NCBI GenBank assembly: GCA_903924185.1
Contig: CAIYAN010000038.1
Coordinates: 1-43,031, forward strand
Source of the DNA: an uncultured Opitutia bacterium
Lineage (GTDB): Bacteria; Verrucomicrobiota; Verrucomicrobiia; Opitutales; UBA953
Reading direction: 5' to 3'
DNA: 43,031 nucleotides
Shown here: piece after piece, positions 42,165-43,031 of the stretch
How positions within the stretch are numbered: the first letter of the stretch is position 1
Layout: each line of letters begins with the position of its first letter
Made by a program: the position numbers and the translations under genes
Notes under the pieces: model-generated
Told to the model about the DNA's origin: nothing
Databases searched by the model: none
The model's input: only the letters and a program-made list of their open reading frames with translations

Positions 42165-42872
42165 TTAGGGGCTGCCGAAAGGCGGCCTCTTCCTTTTTCT
42201 AGTCAGTTTGGTAAGACGTTTTGCGATCCTAATGAGTTGCCGGGGTTTGGGTTCGTTAAAGAGGTGATTCGGGTGCAGAGCCTGTCTGCATAGGTAAGCG
42301 ATGAGGTCGGTGAGCTGGAGAAGGCGCGAATCTCGTGAATCGCTATGGATGGGATTCTCGACTAGTTTGGCGTGCCACGGATGCGTCGGTTGCGGCTGGG
42401 CGCATTCATCTCGGCTCCATCGATAGTCCAAGGCCTTCTGCAGGGTTACTCTATCGGTCGTATCGGTGATTATCAATGCACGGCCTGTGAGTACTTTATC
42501 GAACTGGTTTATCAGTTTATGCCAAGCGTCCTTAAAGACGGAAGTACTTTGGTCTTTGTGCTGGATCACAACGATAAACCTAGCTTCGGTTTGGCGCTGA
42601 ACCTCCTTGAGCATCCATCTGATTGCTCTGACGCGATTCCAGGCTGGAAGGCCGAGATGGAGGCGCGCCCCGCCGAGAAAATCGACGGCATGGATTTCTT
42701 TGTCATAGCTAAGACCTAGATGTTTCTGCATGCGTACCCGTGTGCGATGGATGCGCCAGTCGAATTCGTGCCAGATCGACTCCGGGATTATCAGTGCAAC
42801 GAGGATATACTCTTTGGTCGGCGAGTTCCTAGTGCCAGGGTCGCCGCTTTCGTCCACGTAAATCAAATCCAT
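42165..42872 (-). CDS. DUF3800 domain protein
   Basis: 235 aa. The N-terminus MDLIYVDESGDPG is the hallmark start of DUF3800 proteins. By eye the gene has lower G+C and different codon choice from its neighbours. Confidence 0.75.
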   Translation of the reverse strand: MDLIYVDESGDPGTRNSPTKEYILVALIIPESIWHEFDWRIHRTRVRMQKHLGLSYDKEIHAVDFLGGARLHLGLPAWNRVRAIRWMLKEVQRQTEARFIVVIQHKDQSTSVFKDAWHKLINQFDKVLTGRALIITDTTDRVTLQKALDYRWSRDECAQPQPTHPWHAKLVENPIHSDSRDSRLLQLTDLIAYLCRQALHPNHLFNEPKPRQLIRIAKRLTKLTRKRKRPPFGSP

Positions 42873-42997
42873 GCTTAGAGCCTGGCATTGCTTGCATGAA
42901 TTTCACAACACCCTGTGGCTAGGCGCCTTCTACTGAGGTTATGTCCTTTGGGACGGATGGGGTAAGTCGCTAACCATCCCTTTATACTTTTTCAGGG

Positions 42998-43012
42998 TTT
43001 GCACGTTTGCAC
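42998..43012 (-). repeat. Two tandem GTGCAAAN octamers in inverted orientation relative to 41719..41750
   Basis: The + strand reads TTTGCACGTTTGCAC, whose reverse complement is GTGCAAACGTGCAAA. It shares the 13-mer GTGCAAACGTGCA with the left array. The window ends 19 nt later. Confidence 0.8.
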
Positions 43013-43031
43013 AGGCCAACGGCCGATTTGC

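Overview
Densely coded, high-G+C chromosomal window with about 31 CDS. I found no rRNA, tRNA or CRISPR array. All family calls come from motifs read in the supplied translations; no searches were run. The content points to a Verrucomicrobiota/PVC-type bacterium: a PVC-type CxxCH dehydrogenase-domain protein, a sulfatase, many Sec-exported enzymes, and a 2164-aa PEP-CTERM protein with autotransporter-associated beta-strand-like repeats. Modules from left to right: (1) a secreted heme protein, GH79-like hydrolase and iduronate-sulfatase-like enzyme; (2) a serine hydrolase, then a Tgt fused to an MnmC/MnmD-type methyltransferase; (3) a purple-acid-phosphatase-like protein, then a multicopper oxidase fused to a thioredoxin-fold domain; (4) a dienelactone hydrolase, then a pirin / CDGSH / DoxX-like operon; (5) an idnD-idnO-idnT-like sugar-acid operon plus an SGNH esterase; (6) the giant PEP-CTERM surface protein; (7) a coupled pair: an exported FAD oxidoreductase, and a single polypeptide carrying 2x FMN-bind, a NapH/NosR-like membrane core and ApbE; (8) a LamG protein and three tandem paralogous secreted helical proteins; (9) an N-formylglutamate-amidohydrolase-family protein and two anchored paralogs; (10) a complete 4-gene hydroxyproline-to-2-oxoglutarate pathway; (11) a lower-G+C tail with a palindromic repeat cluster and a DUF3800 gene, bracketed by inverted GTGCAA octamer arrays. 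The best candidates for something undescribed are the FAD-oxidoreductase / self-contained flavinylation conduit operon, the Tgt-MnmD fusion, and the amplified secreted helical-module family.
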